Shown piece by piece: positions 43,086 to 51,929 of a stretch of 64,000 nt of DNA. Position numbers and translations under genes: made by a program. This DNA comes from an uncultured delta proteobacterium (GTDB taxonomy: Bacteria > Desulfobacterota > Binatia > UBA9968), in NCBI GenBank assembly GCA_963755715.1, contig CAVWLW010000033.1, positions 128,001 through 192,000 of the forward strand. The letters are read 5' to 3'. The notes below the pieces were generated by a model. That model saw only the letters and a list, made by a program, of their open reading frames with translations, had not been told where the DNA came from and ran no database searches. How positions within the stretch are numbered: the first letter of the stretch is position 1; every line of letters starts with the position of its first letter.

Positions 43086-43283
43086 ATGAAAACTGATCTC
43101 AAGGCCGAACTAGAGTGGTTGTCGCTGGCCAAGTTGGTTGCCGAATTCACCCGGGAGCTAAGCTTGCAATACCTGATTCCTGTCGACCTGAGCGATGGAG
43201 GCAAAGACTATATTCGAAGCCTTATTGTGCCCAGTGGCTATCGGAACCTAGGGGTCGAGCGATTTCATTCCCTCGTTTCATAG
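43086..43283 (+). CDS. Possible small hypothetical protein (65 aa)
   Basis: GGAG upstream; fills an otherwise empty spacer; no motif. Confidence 0.3.
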   Translation: MKTDLKAELEWLSLAKLVAEFTRELSLQYLIPVDLSDGGKDYIRSLIVPSGYRNLGVERFHSLVS

Positions 43284-43329
43284 CTTACAATCAACCAATT
43301 TCATCGGTCGAATCCGGGAGGTGTGACGC

Positions 43330-44344
43330 ATGCGATTTGGTATCGAGTTCGGCAGTTATCCGGCGGACTTGGATCCTGTGGAGGTGTGTGAGCAGGTGAC
43401 GTTGCGGGCAGAGGCCGCCTACAAAAACAACTTCGAGGGATTGTTCTCCGCGCAGCATTATCTCACCGGGCCGGATGCGGCGATCTTACAGTCGATTCCT
43501 TTGCTTTCGTATTTAGCCGGGCGGGTGCCGGGGATGTATCTCGGCACATCGATCTTTCTTTTGCCTCTGCACAATCCTTTGATGGTCGCCGAATATGTCT
43601 CGACCTTGGACAATCTCTCCGGCGGCAAAGTGCTCTTCGGCGTCGGCCAGGGTTACCGAGAGAGCGAGTTCAAGTCCTTCGGCATCGATAAACGGGAGCG
43701 CCGCGGGCCGATTGGTCGAAGGGCTCGAGGTGATTCGCAGACTCTGGACCGAAGATGCCGTCACGTTTCATGGAAAATATTTCCATCTGGAGAAAGCGAC
43801 CTGCCTGCCGAGGCCGCGGCAGCGGCCGCGACCGCCGATTTTACTGGGCGCCGACTCGGTCAATACCGTGGCGAGAGTGCCGGAGGTCGCCGATCACTGG
43901 ATCGCCAGCCGGCGGCATTCGAAAACTTTTTTGCGCGAAGCCCTGCCGGCATATAAGGCGGCTTTGGAAAAGCAGGGAAGATCATTCAAAGGTTTGTTCA
44001 TTTTTCGCGATCTTTGCATCGCCGATACGACCCGCGAAGCAGAAGCGCGCATCAAGGAAGGCTATGAGCGGCGTTATCGACGTTACCAGCAATGGGGCCA
44101 GCCGGGCGAGCGTTACGATCTCGCTTTCGATGAGCTGAAGCGCGACCGTCTCATCATCGGCAGCCCCGCCGAAGTGGTCGAGCAGGTGATGTCCTACCAC
44201 GAAGAATTTTCCACTGAGGTGATGTGGTTTATGGTCGATTGGCCGGGAATGGATCCGCGCCTGACTTTGGAAACCATCGAGCGCTTTGGCGCCGAAGTGA
44301 TCCCGCAGATCAAACGCCTGCTACCGGAGAATCCGCTTCCGTAA
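43330..44344 (+). CDS. LLM-class flavin-dependent oxidoreductase, frameshift ~43705
   Basis: LPLHNPLMVAE..LDNLSGG..GVGQGYRESEF; second frame FHGKYF, PRPRQRPRPPI, IIGSPAEV. Confidence 0.87.
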
Positions 44345-44394
44345 GAACAGCACGCAAACAAAGGAGCAAATCGGTTGAAGTCGAGCGGCGAGAA

Positions 44395-45375
44395 TCAACG
44401 GTTTCTCTGCTGAAACGACAGATCCTTTTCTAACTCTTGTACCAGCGATGCATCGACGAAACTTGACGGGTTGGCGCCGGCGGCTTCGCTGCCTAAACCT
44501 TTGAGCAATCCTTTGACGCCTTCGAGATCGACGCTGATAGATTTCTGTAGGTGGTTCTGTCCGTAGCTGCGATAGACTTCCGCGAGGATTTCCGGGTCAT
44601 CGACGCGGACGTACTTTGCGAGAATTTTTAACGCCGAATTCTTATCATTGCGCGTTTCTTGCACTGCCTCGTAATAGGCGCGCAGGATGCGCAGGACGGT
44701 GTCGCGGTTGCTTTTGATAAAGGCCCGGCGCGTACTGAGCGGCGAATTGACGTAGGGGATTCCATAGTCGGCGGCGTCGACGAGCTCGCGCAGTCCCATC
44801 TTGATGCCCCTTAAATTACTGGGCGCAGAAATCATGCCGCCATCGACGAATCCTTTTGCGACCGAGATCAACAGCTCAGGCATGCCGCCACGGATGCCTA
44901 GAATGGTTACGTCCTTGTTGCGCTGAAGTCCCCAGCGTTCCAGCAGCAAACTGAGAACGAGGTCAGGAGAGTCGCCCAAATTGGTGACGCCGATCTTTTT
45001 GCCTTTGAGGTCTTCGGGTTTGCGAATCTCCGGTTTGGTCATCATCGAAAACACCGCGACGTTAATCGTGTTCGCGATGATCGCGAGATCGGCGCCGCGC
45101 AGCGTCGAGCGCACGACCGCGGGCGGCGAGGCGCGGACGAACTGCACTTCGCCGGCGAGCATGGCCTCGATGGCGACGCCGCGAATGTAGGTGACCTCGA
45201 CATCGACGCCGTGCTTCTCGAAGAGCTTTTTGTCTTTGGCGACCCACAGCGGCAGCATGGCGCCGCTGATCGAGCTGTAGGCGATGCGCAACGGCGCGGC
45301 GCCCGCCGCGCGGCCTGTGCAAACCAAGCTAGCCAGCGCGAGAGCGACAAGAAGGCGAGGCATGAATGCGATCAA
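44395..45375 (-). CDS. SsuA/NMT1-family substrate-binding protein
   Basis: Signal peptide; LFEKHGVDVE, DLKGKKIGV. Confidence 0.85.
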   Translation of the reverse strand: MIAFMPRLLVALALASLVCTGRAAGAAPLRIAYSSISGAMLPLWVAKDKKLFEKHGVDVEVTYIRGVAIEAMLAGEVQFVRASPPAVVRSTLRGADLAIIANTINVAVFSMMTKPEIRKPEDLKGKKIGVTNLGDSPDLVLSLLLERWGLQRNKDVTILGIRGGMPELLISVAKGFVDGGMISAPSNLRGIKMGLRELVDAADYGIPYVNSPLSTRRAFIKSNRDTVLRILRAYYEAVQETRNDKNSALKILAKYVRVDDPEILAEVYRSYGQNHLQKSISVDLEGVKGLLKGLGSEAAGANPSSFVDASLVQELEKDLSFQQRNR

Positions 45376-46148
45376 GTCGGAAAGGAAGCTTCGCCCGCGG
45401 GGTCGGCCCGACCGGCGGTGCCGTCGGCCTTTAGTCCCTGGACGACATAGGCCATGTAGATGCAGTCGGCCATGACGCGACGCATGTTGTTTTTCATCAG
45501 CTGCGCGTTGATGCAGGCTTCTTGCAGCTCTTTGGTGTCGGCGTATTTTTTTAGAATCTCTTTTCGGATCAAGCCATGCTCGACATCGACGTCGGCGTGG
45601 AGCTTGTAAAACGTCAAGGCGTCATCGGGAACCCATTTATAATGCTTGCGGAACGTATCGAGGTCGCGCGTCATGGCTTTCGCCGTATCATCGCCTTCGG
45701 AAACGGCGACGCCGAGGAGCCATGAAGTTTTAAATGCGGCGTTGGCGAAGCTATCGACGGCGAATTTAACGCCGTAGAGCGGTTCGGAATTCTTCACGAG
45801 CTCGCGGTCCATGCCCATGCCGACGCAGACATCGAGCCAATATTCCGGATGCGGCTTGTGGGTCCCGCCGATCAGATCTTCGCCTTCTTCTTCGATCGCC
45901 TTGGGCAGCCACATGCGGCGCACGTCGACGTGCGGGCAGTTGTAAAGAATCGAATACTCTTTGATCGGCACCTGTTTGGTAAAGTAGTAGCGCTCCTTGC
46001 CCCAGCCTTGCAGTTGTTCCTGAGTGCATTTGCCTTCGCGAAAAATCGCTTCCCAGGGATGGGGTGGGCGTTGGTGATCTTGCCGGTTCGCCTCGTAAAA
46101 GGTCTTGATGAATTCATCGGGGCCGAGTTTTTGGTCCAGCGTGAACAT
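45372..46148 (-). CDS. Heme-oxygenase-like diiron/redox enzyme (PqqC/CADD/TenA superfamily)
   Basis: HPW, EEEG..HPEYW, E, FYKLHADVDVEH ligand pattern. Confidence 0.75.
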   Translation of the reverse strand: MFTLDQKLGPDEFIKTFYEANRQDHQRPPHPWEAIFREGKCTQEQLQGWGKERYYFTKQVPIKEYSILYNCPHVDVRRMWLPKAIEEEGEDLIGGTHKPHPEYWLDVCVGMGMDRELVKNSEPLYGVKFAVDSFANAAFKTSWLLGVAVSEGDDTAKAMTRDLDTFRKHYKWVPDDALTFYKLHADVDVEHGLIRKEILKKYADTKELQEACINAQLMKNNMRRVMADCIYMAYVVQGLKADGTAGRADPAGEASFPT

Positions 46149-46178
46149 AAACGTGATTCCTTTCGATGATGTAACGAT

Positions 46179-46205
46179 GCAGGGGCGCGGTAGGCCGCGC
46201 CCCGT
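46179..46205. repeat. REP-like palindrome
   Basis: GCAGGGGCGCGGTAGGCCGCGCCCCGT; similar to 42825-42849. Confidence 0.55.
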
Positions 46206-46222
46206 GGGTGATAGCGCTGAGG

Positions 46223-47236
46223 TTACGCTTGCGCGTCTTCGCGATAGTGGCCGATGGCGTCCATCAGGGGTTTATCGGTCATCACGAAGAAGATTGCCGG
46301 ATCTTTGGAGGTGTTCTCGTGGCGATGGAAATTCCATAGAGGCACGACGAAGGAGTCGCCCTGTTCCCATTCGTAGCGCTTGTCGCCGACGTAGCTGACG
46401 CCGCTGCCGCGCCATACATGATAGATGACCGAACTGGTATGGCGGTGGCTCTTGGTTTTTTCCCCGGCGCGGAGCATGTGAATCTGGCACTCCATGGTCG
46501 GCAACGTCGGTCCTCCGGTCATCGGGTTGGCATAGTCCAACACAATGCCGTCGTAAGGATCGCCCGGTTGCTCGCCGACTTTGTTCAAGGCGCTTTCCGT
46601 ATCGGCCCATTTGTAACAGAAGGCCGGCGGTTGGATCGAGTTCGGTTTCATCCACGCCGGTCGCAGCGCGCCGACGGTGGCGAGCGTGTAACCTTCCGGC
46701 TTGGTCACCGGTTGTTTCTTGCGCGGATCGGGCTCGTGAAAATCGGTTTCTAACAATCTGACCAGCGGCGCGTCGAGGCCGTCGAGCCACATCATGCTCT
46801 CACCGTGGTTTTCGTGATCGTGCCAGGTCCAGCTGGGCGTGGTGACAAAGTCGCCTTCGCCGATCTCGAAGGATTCGCCCTCGACGATCAGCCGCGTGCC
46901 GTGGCCTTTCAAGATGAAACGGATCGCGCCGGCCATGTGGCGGTGGGACAGGGCGTTTTCACCGGGCTTGAGCAGTTGCAGATTGAGCACCAGCGTACGC
47001 GATGTGCCGTTCTTGAGCGCCGGGTTCCACAGCTGAATGACGCGGCGAAACGAGACATCCAGGCCGACAACGTCGCCGGCTTTTTCCATGGCGGCAAAAA
47101 GATCTTTGCCTTTCCAAAAGCAAGCGTCGAAAGACGGCACCGGCTCACGATTGACATCCCCCTGTTGGTTTTGCCAGTAGCCTTTGAAATTTTTGCTTTG
47201 CAATTCTTCTTCGAAGGCTTTGAGTGCTTCAGACAT
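46223..47236 (-). CDS. Gentisate 1,2-dioxygenase-like bicupin
   Basis: RRVIQLWNP, SHRHMAGAIRF, TPSWTWHDH, WLDGLDAP, YANPMTGG, HRHTSS. Confidence 0.85.
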   Translation of the reverse strand: MSEALKAFEEELQSKNFKGYWQNQQGDVNREPVPSFDACFWKGKDLFAAMEKAGDVVGLDVSFRRVIQLWNPALKNGTSRTLVLNLQLLKPGENALSHRHMAGAIRFILKGHGTRLIVEGESFEIGEGDFVTTPSWTWHDHENHGESMMWLDGLDAPLVRLLETDFHEPDPRKKQPVTKPEGYTLATVGALRPAWMKPNSIQPPAFCYKWADTESALNKVGEQPGDPYDGIVLDYANPMTGGPTLPTMECQIHMLRAGEKTKSHRHTSSVIYHVWRGSGVSYVGDKRYEWEQGDSFVVPLWNFHRHENTSKDPAIFFVMTDKPLMDAIGHYREDAQA

Positions 47237-47391
47237 CGGTCTACCTCCGTGCTCTATTTAAACCTTTTTTATCTCGATTCGCACTGGGGTTGCAAGGCAA
47301 GAAAAAACTAGCAACCCGCTGCGTTTGCTCTGCGGTATTCTCTGTAAAACAGCGATAGCGGGGACGTCGTGACGAGGGCGCAGCGTTTCGC

Positions 47392-48795
47392 TTACTCGAT
47401 CACCTTGACGGTGATCATGTTGGTCGTGCCGGCCTGATGCAACGGCAGGCCGGCGGTGATCGCGACTAAGTCGCCGCGTTTGACCAGGCCGGATTCGAGC
47501 GCTTTCTGTTGCAGCATGCGGACCATCGCATCGGTGCTCTTAAAACCGCTCGTCGGGACCGGAAAAACGCCCCAGACCAAGCAAAGCTGTTTGACGGTTT
47601 GCGGTTCGGGGCTGACGGCGATGATCGGATAATGCGGCCGATAGCGGGCGATCAAGCGCGCCGTGCTGCCGGAAGTGGTCGGGATTAAAAATGCTTTGAC
47701 TTGCAAGTCGCGCGCTAATGAAATGGCGCCCAGGCTGATCGCTTCCGGGATCGTCTTTTCGAGCCCGACGAAACGTTGGCGCGGCTCCAAAATCGTTTCG
47801 GTTTCCTCGGCGACTTGCGCCATGGTTTTAACCGCGTCCAGAGGATAATCGCCGGCGGCGGTTTCCTCGGACAGCATCAAGGCATCGGTGCCGTCCAGAA
47901 TCGCGTTGGCGATGTCGGTTACTTCGGCTCGCGTCGGCCGCGGGTTCCACACCATCGAGCGCAGCATCTGCGTCGCCGTAATGACGGGTTTGCCCAGACG
48001 ATTGGCCTTGGCGATGATCATTTTCTGCACGGCGGGAATTTTCTCCTGGGCGATTTCCAGGCCCAGGTCGCCGCGCGCGACCATGATACCGTCGACGGTC
48101 TCGAGGATGCCGTCGATGTGCTCCAGCGCTTCATGCTTTTCGATCTTGGCGATGAGCGGGACCGACGAGCGAAGTTTTTTGAGCTCACGGCGGGCATAAA
48201 GAATATCTTCCGCGTCGCGCACGAATGACAGCGCGATCATGTCGACATTCTGCGCGATGCCGAAAGCCATGTCTTGCTTATCGTGTCGGGTCAGGGCGCG
48301 GATGTTGAGACTTGTCTTGGGAAAATGAATGCCCTTGTGCGAGCCGAGAATGCCGCCGACCACAATGCGGCATTTGACCTCGTGATCGCGCACCTTGAGC
48401 GCTTCCAATTCGATCTCGCCGTCGCCGAGCAAGATCGGATCGCCACTATTGACCGCCGAGGTCAGGCCCGAAAAGTTGACCGAAACGGCGAGCTCAGAGC
48501 CCAGAATCTTGCGCGTCGTAAGAACGAAAGGACGCCGATTTTGCAGTCGCACGTGATCTCCGGCGACGGCGCCGATGCGGATTTTCGGTCCGGGCAGATC
48601 TTGCAAAATCGCCACGGGGCGCCGCAGCTTGCGCTCGAATTGGTGGATTTTCCTGATCACGCGGCGGTGCGATGGATAATCGCCATGGCTGAAGTTGAGC
48701 CGAGCGACGTTCATGCCGGCGCGAATCAAGCCTTCGAGGATTTTGTCGGGCGAAGAGGCGGGTCCGATGGTGCAGACAATTTTCGTGCGACGCAT
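47392..48795 (-). CDS. pyk: Pyruvate kinase
   Basis: RTKIVCTIGP, RLNFSHG, IAKIE, MVARGDLG, ATQMLRSM, MLSEETA. Confidence 0.95.
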   Translation of the reverse strand: MRRTKIVCTIGPASSPDKILEGLIRAGMNVARLNFSHGDYPSHRRVIRKIHQFERKLRRPVAILQDLPGPKIRIGAVAGDHVRLQNRRPFVLTTRKILGSELAVSVNFSGLTSAVNSGDPILLGDGEIELEALKVRDHEVKCRIVVGGILGSHKGIHFPKTSLNIRALTRHDKQDMAFGIAQNVDMIALSFVRDAEDILYARRELKKLRSSVPLIAKIEKHEALEHIDGILETVDGIMVARGDLGLEIAQEKIPAVQKMIIAKANRLGKPVITATQMLRSMVWNPRPTRAEVTDIANAILDGTDALMLSEETAAGDYPLDAVKTMAQVAEETETILEPRQRFVGLEKTIPEAISLGAISLARDLQVKAFLIPTTSGSTARLIARYRPHYPIIAVSPEPQTVKQLCLVWGVFPVPTSGFKSTDAMVRMLQQKALESGLVKRGDLVAITAGLPLHQAGTTNMITVKVIE

Positions 48796-48835
48796 TTCGA
48801 TTAATGTACACGAGACCGTGGGAGAATCAACGAAG

Positions 48836-48907
48836 GGGATTGGAGTGCTGGAGCGATGGAGTCATGGGTCGAGAAACCCAATACTCCAGTGCTCCATCAC
48901 TTCCATT
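48836..48907. repeat. 8-mer tandem-repeat hairpin (TGGAGTRN)n / (NYACTCCA)n
   Basis: tggagtgc tggagcga tggagtca tggg ... atactcca gtgctcca tcacttcca. Confidence 0.7.
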
Positions 48908-48915
48908 CGGCTCGA

Positions 48916-49821
48916 CTACAACCGCGCCCCCGTTCTTTTGAGCCGCGGATCGAGGATGTCGCGCAGAGCGTCGCCGAGCAAATTGATGCCCAAGACGGTG
49001 ACAAAGATGCAGAGGCCGGGGAAAAGCGGCAACCACCAGGCGGTGCTGATATAGATGCGCGCGTCGGCCAGCATGGTGCCCCAGGTGGGGATATCCGGCG
49101 GCACGCCGACGCCGAGAAAGCTCAAGCTCGCTTCGGCGATGATCGAAGACGCCATGGCGAAGGTGCCGATGACGAGCGAAGTTTGAATGAGATTCGGAAT
49201 AATATGGCGCGTGATGATTTGCCGGTTGCTCGCGCCCAGGCATTGCGCCGCCGTGACGAAATCGCGGCCGCGCAAGGAAAGAGTCTGGCCGCGCACGACC
49301 CGACAGTAGGGGATCCAGCGCTGCGCCACGAGCGCCAGAATCAGATTGAACAAGCCTTGGCCTAAAAATGCCATGATCGTTATGCCGAGTAGCAACGGCG
49401 GAAAAGCCCAGACGACTTCCACCAGCTTTTGAATCAGGAAATCGACTTTGCCGCCGAAATAGCCGGAGATCGCACCGAGCGTGATGCCGACAAAACCCGA
49501 AACGAAAACCACCGCAAAGGCGACCAGCAGCGACACACGGGAGCCATGAATCACGCGGCTGAGGATGTCGCGTCCGAGATTGTCGGTGCCGAGCACGTGC
49601 AGCGCGCCGATGCCCGCCGGCGCCTTCATCATCGCCGTGAGCTCCTGCTTATTCGGATCGTGCGGCGCTACGGCCGGCCCGATGATGCCCATTAAAATAA
49701 AAATTAAAACGATCGCGCCGCCGCTAAACGCTTTGACGTGCAAACGCGGCATCAGACGCGGCAGCGGGCGCGCATCTTTTTCAGTAGCGGATTCGAGGGT
49801 CAACGACTGCATAAAGTCCAT
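48916..49821 (-). CDS. Peptide/nickel ABC permease (DppC-like)
   Basis: HVLGTDNLGRDILSR, HIIPN, EASLSFLG, NLLGDALRD. Confidence 0.9.
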   Translation of the reverse strand: MDFMQSLTLESATEKDARPLPRLMPRLHVKAFSGGAIVLIFILMGIIGPAVAPHDPNKQELTAMMKAPAGIGALHVLGTDNLGRDILSRVIHGSRVSLLVAFAVVFVSGFVGITLGAISGYFGGKVDFLIQKLVEVVWAFPPLLLGITIMAFLGQGLFNLILALVAQRWIPYCRVVRGQTLSLRGRDFVTAAQCLGASNRQIITRHIIPNLIQTSLVIGTFAMASSIIAEASLSFLGVGVPPDIPTWGTMLADARIYISTAWWLPLFPGLCIFVTVLGINLLGDALRDILDPRLKRTGARL

Positions 49822-50794
49822 CGATAATCAGATTGATCGCAACGAAGGCCAGCGTATAAGTCATGACGATACCCGTCACCAGCGGGTAGTCGCGCGCATT
49901 GAGCGCGGTGATGAGCAAGCTGCCGCTGCCCGGCCAGGCGAAAACGGTCTCGACGATGATCGAACCGCTGAGCAGCGTGCCGAGCTCGAGGCCGACGACC
50001 GTGATCACCGGAATGAGCGCGTTGCTCGTCACGTGGCGCCACACGACGTTTTTCTCGCGCAGTCCTTTGGCTCGCGCGGTTTGAATATAATCTTCGTTCA
50101 GGACTTCTAAAATGGACGAGCGTGTGACCCGCATCAAAATGCCGAGCATGTTCACGCCGAGCGCCAGCGCCGGCAGAAAGATATGGGTCAACGCGTCCCA
50201 AACCGCCGGCCAATTTTTCTGCAGGATGCTGTCAAAAATATAAAATCCGGTCTGTTCCGGTCCGGCGATGCCATAGGTGCTGCGGCCCGAAGTCGGCAGC
50301 AGATTCAAAACGCCGGCGAGCAAGAGAATCAACATGATCGCCAGCCAGAAACTCGGCATGCTGATGCCGAAGAGGCCGAACGTAGTGCCGACATTGTCGA
50401 TCCAGGAATTGGGCCTGGAGCCGGACCACACGCCAAGCGGGATCGCCAAGAGCGTTGCGATAAGAATTGCAAAGAACGCCAGCTCGATGGTCGCCGGCAG
50501 GCGCGTTTTGATGACGTTGATCACCGGTTCGGCATATTTGAACGACTTGCCAAAATCGCCGGCAGCGGCGGACTTAAGAAATTTTAAATATTGGACGTAA
50601 AGCGGCTGATCCAAGCCCCAGCGCTCTTTCGCTCGCGCGACTTCCGCGGCGTTGGTTTCCTCGCCGAGGAGAAGGAGCGTCGGATCGCCGGGCGCGGCGT
50701 GGATCAGCAGAAAAACCAGCAAGCTGATGAGCAAGAGAACCGGCACCGTGCCGGCGAGGCGATGAAATAAATAGCCGGCCATTTCAGCGGCCAT
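49781..50794 (-). CDS. Peptide/nickel ABC permease (DppB-like)
   Basis: PGDP, GLDQPL, SMPSFW, TARAKGL, ETVFAWPG, RDYP. Confidence 0.9.
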   Translation of the reverse strand: MAAEMAGYLFHRLAGTVPVLLLISLLVFLLIHAAPGDPTLLLLGEETNAAEVARAKERWGLDQPLYVQYLKFLKSAAAGDFGKSFKYAEPVINVIKTRLPATIELAFFAILIATLLAIPLGVWSGSRPNSWIDNVGTTFGLFGISMPSFWLAIMLILLLAGVLNLLPTSGRSTYGIAGPEQTGFYIFDSILQKNWPAVWDALTHIFLPALALGVNMLGILMRVTRSSILEVLNEDYIQTARAKGLREKNVVWRHVTSNALIPVITVVGLELGTLLSGSIIVETVFAWPGSGSLLITALNARDYPLVTGIVMTYTLAFVAINLIIDGLYAVVDPRIRY

Positions 50795-50836
50795 CCCTCA
50801 TGTTTGGCAAGCTCGCCTCATTCCACCTTCGGCAGG

Positions 50837-51712
50837 TCACACGATGCGTTGGATAAAGCCACGCAGCATGTCGTTAAACTCGACCGGGTGTTCGCGATAG
50901 GAGAAATGGCCGGCGCGGTTGAAGATGTACATGCGCGCATCCGGCGTCGCGCGCGCGATCAGATCAAAGAGCGCGTGACCTTGTTCGATGGTGGCGGTGG
51001 GATCGTTGTAAGACCAGGCGAGCAACGTCGGCGTGCCAAGCCCGCGGTCGCGGATAAGCCCGAGCGTTTCGTCTTTTTGCCGCGCCAGGTGCGGCAGAAA
51101 GCAAGTTGTCCGCAGGCCGACTTCCTCCATTTTTTTTACCGCTTCCTGATACTTCGGCAACGCCGCGATGTTCATCATGACATCCAACCACTCTTCGCTA
51201 ATATGTTCAAAGCCGTAGGAGTATTTCTGCAACACCCAGCGTTGGCTCTCGCGGCTGAGGCGCGGCTTTGGTGGATTAGCCATGACCGTTTCGTTCTTGC
51301 TGATGCCCGGCGCGAGGGTGTTGGTGTCGACTAAAATGCAGGAATCGAACAGCTCGGGATGTTCCAGCGTCAGACGGGCGACCAGATAGGCGCCGCGCGA
51401 GTGGCCGACCGGATGGACATGACGCAAGCCCAGCGCTTTCAAAAAACCGTACGCGTGCTGCACCACGGTCGCCATCGTGTAGTCTTCGTCGCGCTTGGGA
51501 TTGTCGGTGTAGCCTTGGCCGATCTTGTCGACGGCGTAAACGTGAAACCATTGCGCCAAGCCGTCGAAGTTGAGGTTCCAGTCCTCGGCGCAGTCGGCGG
51601 CGTCATGAGAACCGAAGTGGCCGCCGTGAAAAAGCACGACGATCGGGCCGGCGCCCTTTTCGAAATAGCGGGTGCGGATACCGTTAACGTCGATAAATTT
51701 TTCATCGATCAT
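50837..51712 (-). CDS. Alpha/beta-fold hydrolase (C-C hydrolase-like)
   Basis: FHGG, DKIGQGYTD, GHSRG nucleophile elbow, AGHF. Confidence 0.85.
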   Translation of the reverse strand: MIDEKFIDVNGIRTRYFEKGAGPIVVLFHGGHFGSHDAADCAEDWNLNFDGLAQWFHVYAVDKIGQGYTDNPKRDEDYTMATVVQHAYGFLKALGLRHVHPVGHSRGAYLVARLTLEHPELFDSCILVDTNTLAPGISKNETVMANPPKPRLSRESQRWVLQKYSYGFEHISEEWLDVMMNIAALPKYQEAVKKMEEVGLRTTCFLPHLARQKDETLGLIRDRGLGTPTLLAWSYNDPTATIEQGHALFDLIARATPDARMYIFNRAGHFSYREHPVEFNDMLRGFIQRIV

Positions 51713-51843
51713 CGTCGCATCTCCGGAGCATCAGCGTCTTGCCGCTCGGACGCTGGTTCGAGCGCGGTAAGAGATTCCTGTTTCGACGGCGGAGGGCTTC
51801 TTTGATGTCTTTCGCTCGGTAAACCGTGAAAAACGCTATGGAG

Positions 51844-51870
51844 CCCTTCGACCAGGCTCAGGGCGAACGG
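51844..51870. repeat. Intergenic REP-like element CCCTTCGACnAGGCTCAGGGCGAACGG with decayed inverse (CCGTTCG at ~51901)
   Basis: Sequence seen directly; resembles a widespread TTCGAC..GCTCAG palindromic repeat family. Confidence 0.55.
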
Positions 51871-51929
51871 ATAAGTACCTTCACTTTTTTTGAAACCGCA
51901 CCGTTCGTAGCTGCAGTTTTTTTCAGCCG

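Noticed and set aside
45372-46148. pqqC as part of a PQQ biosynthesis cluster
   Set aside because: No pqqA/B/D/E in the window and the neighbourhood is catabolic.
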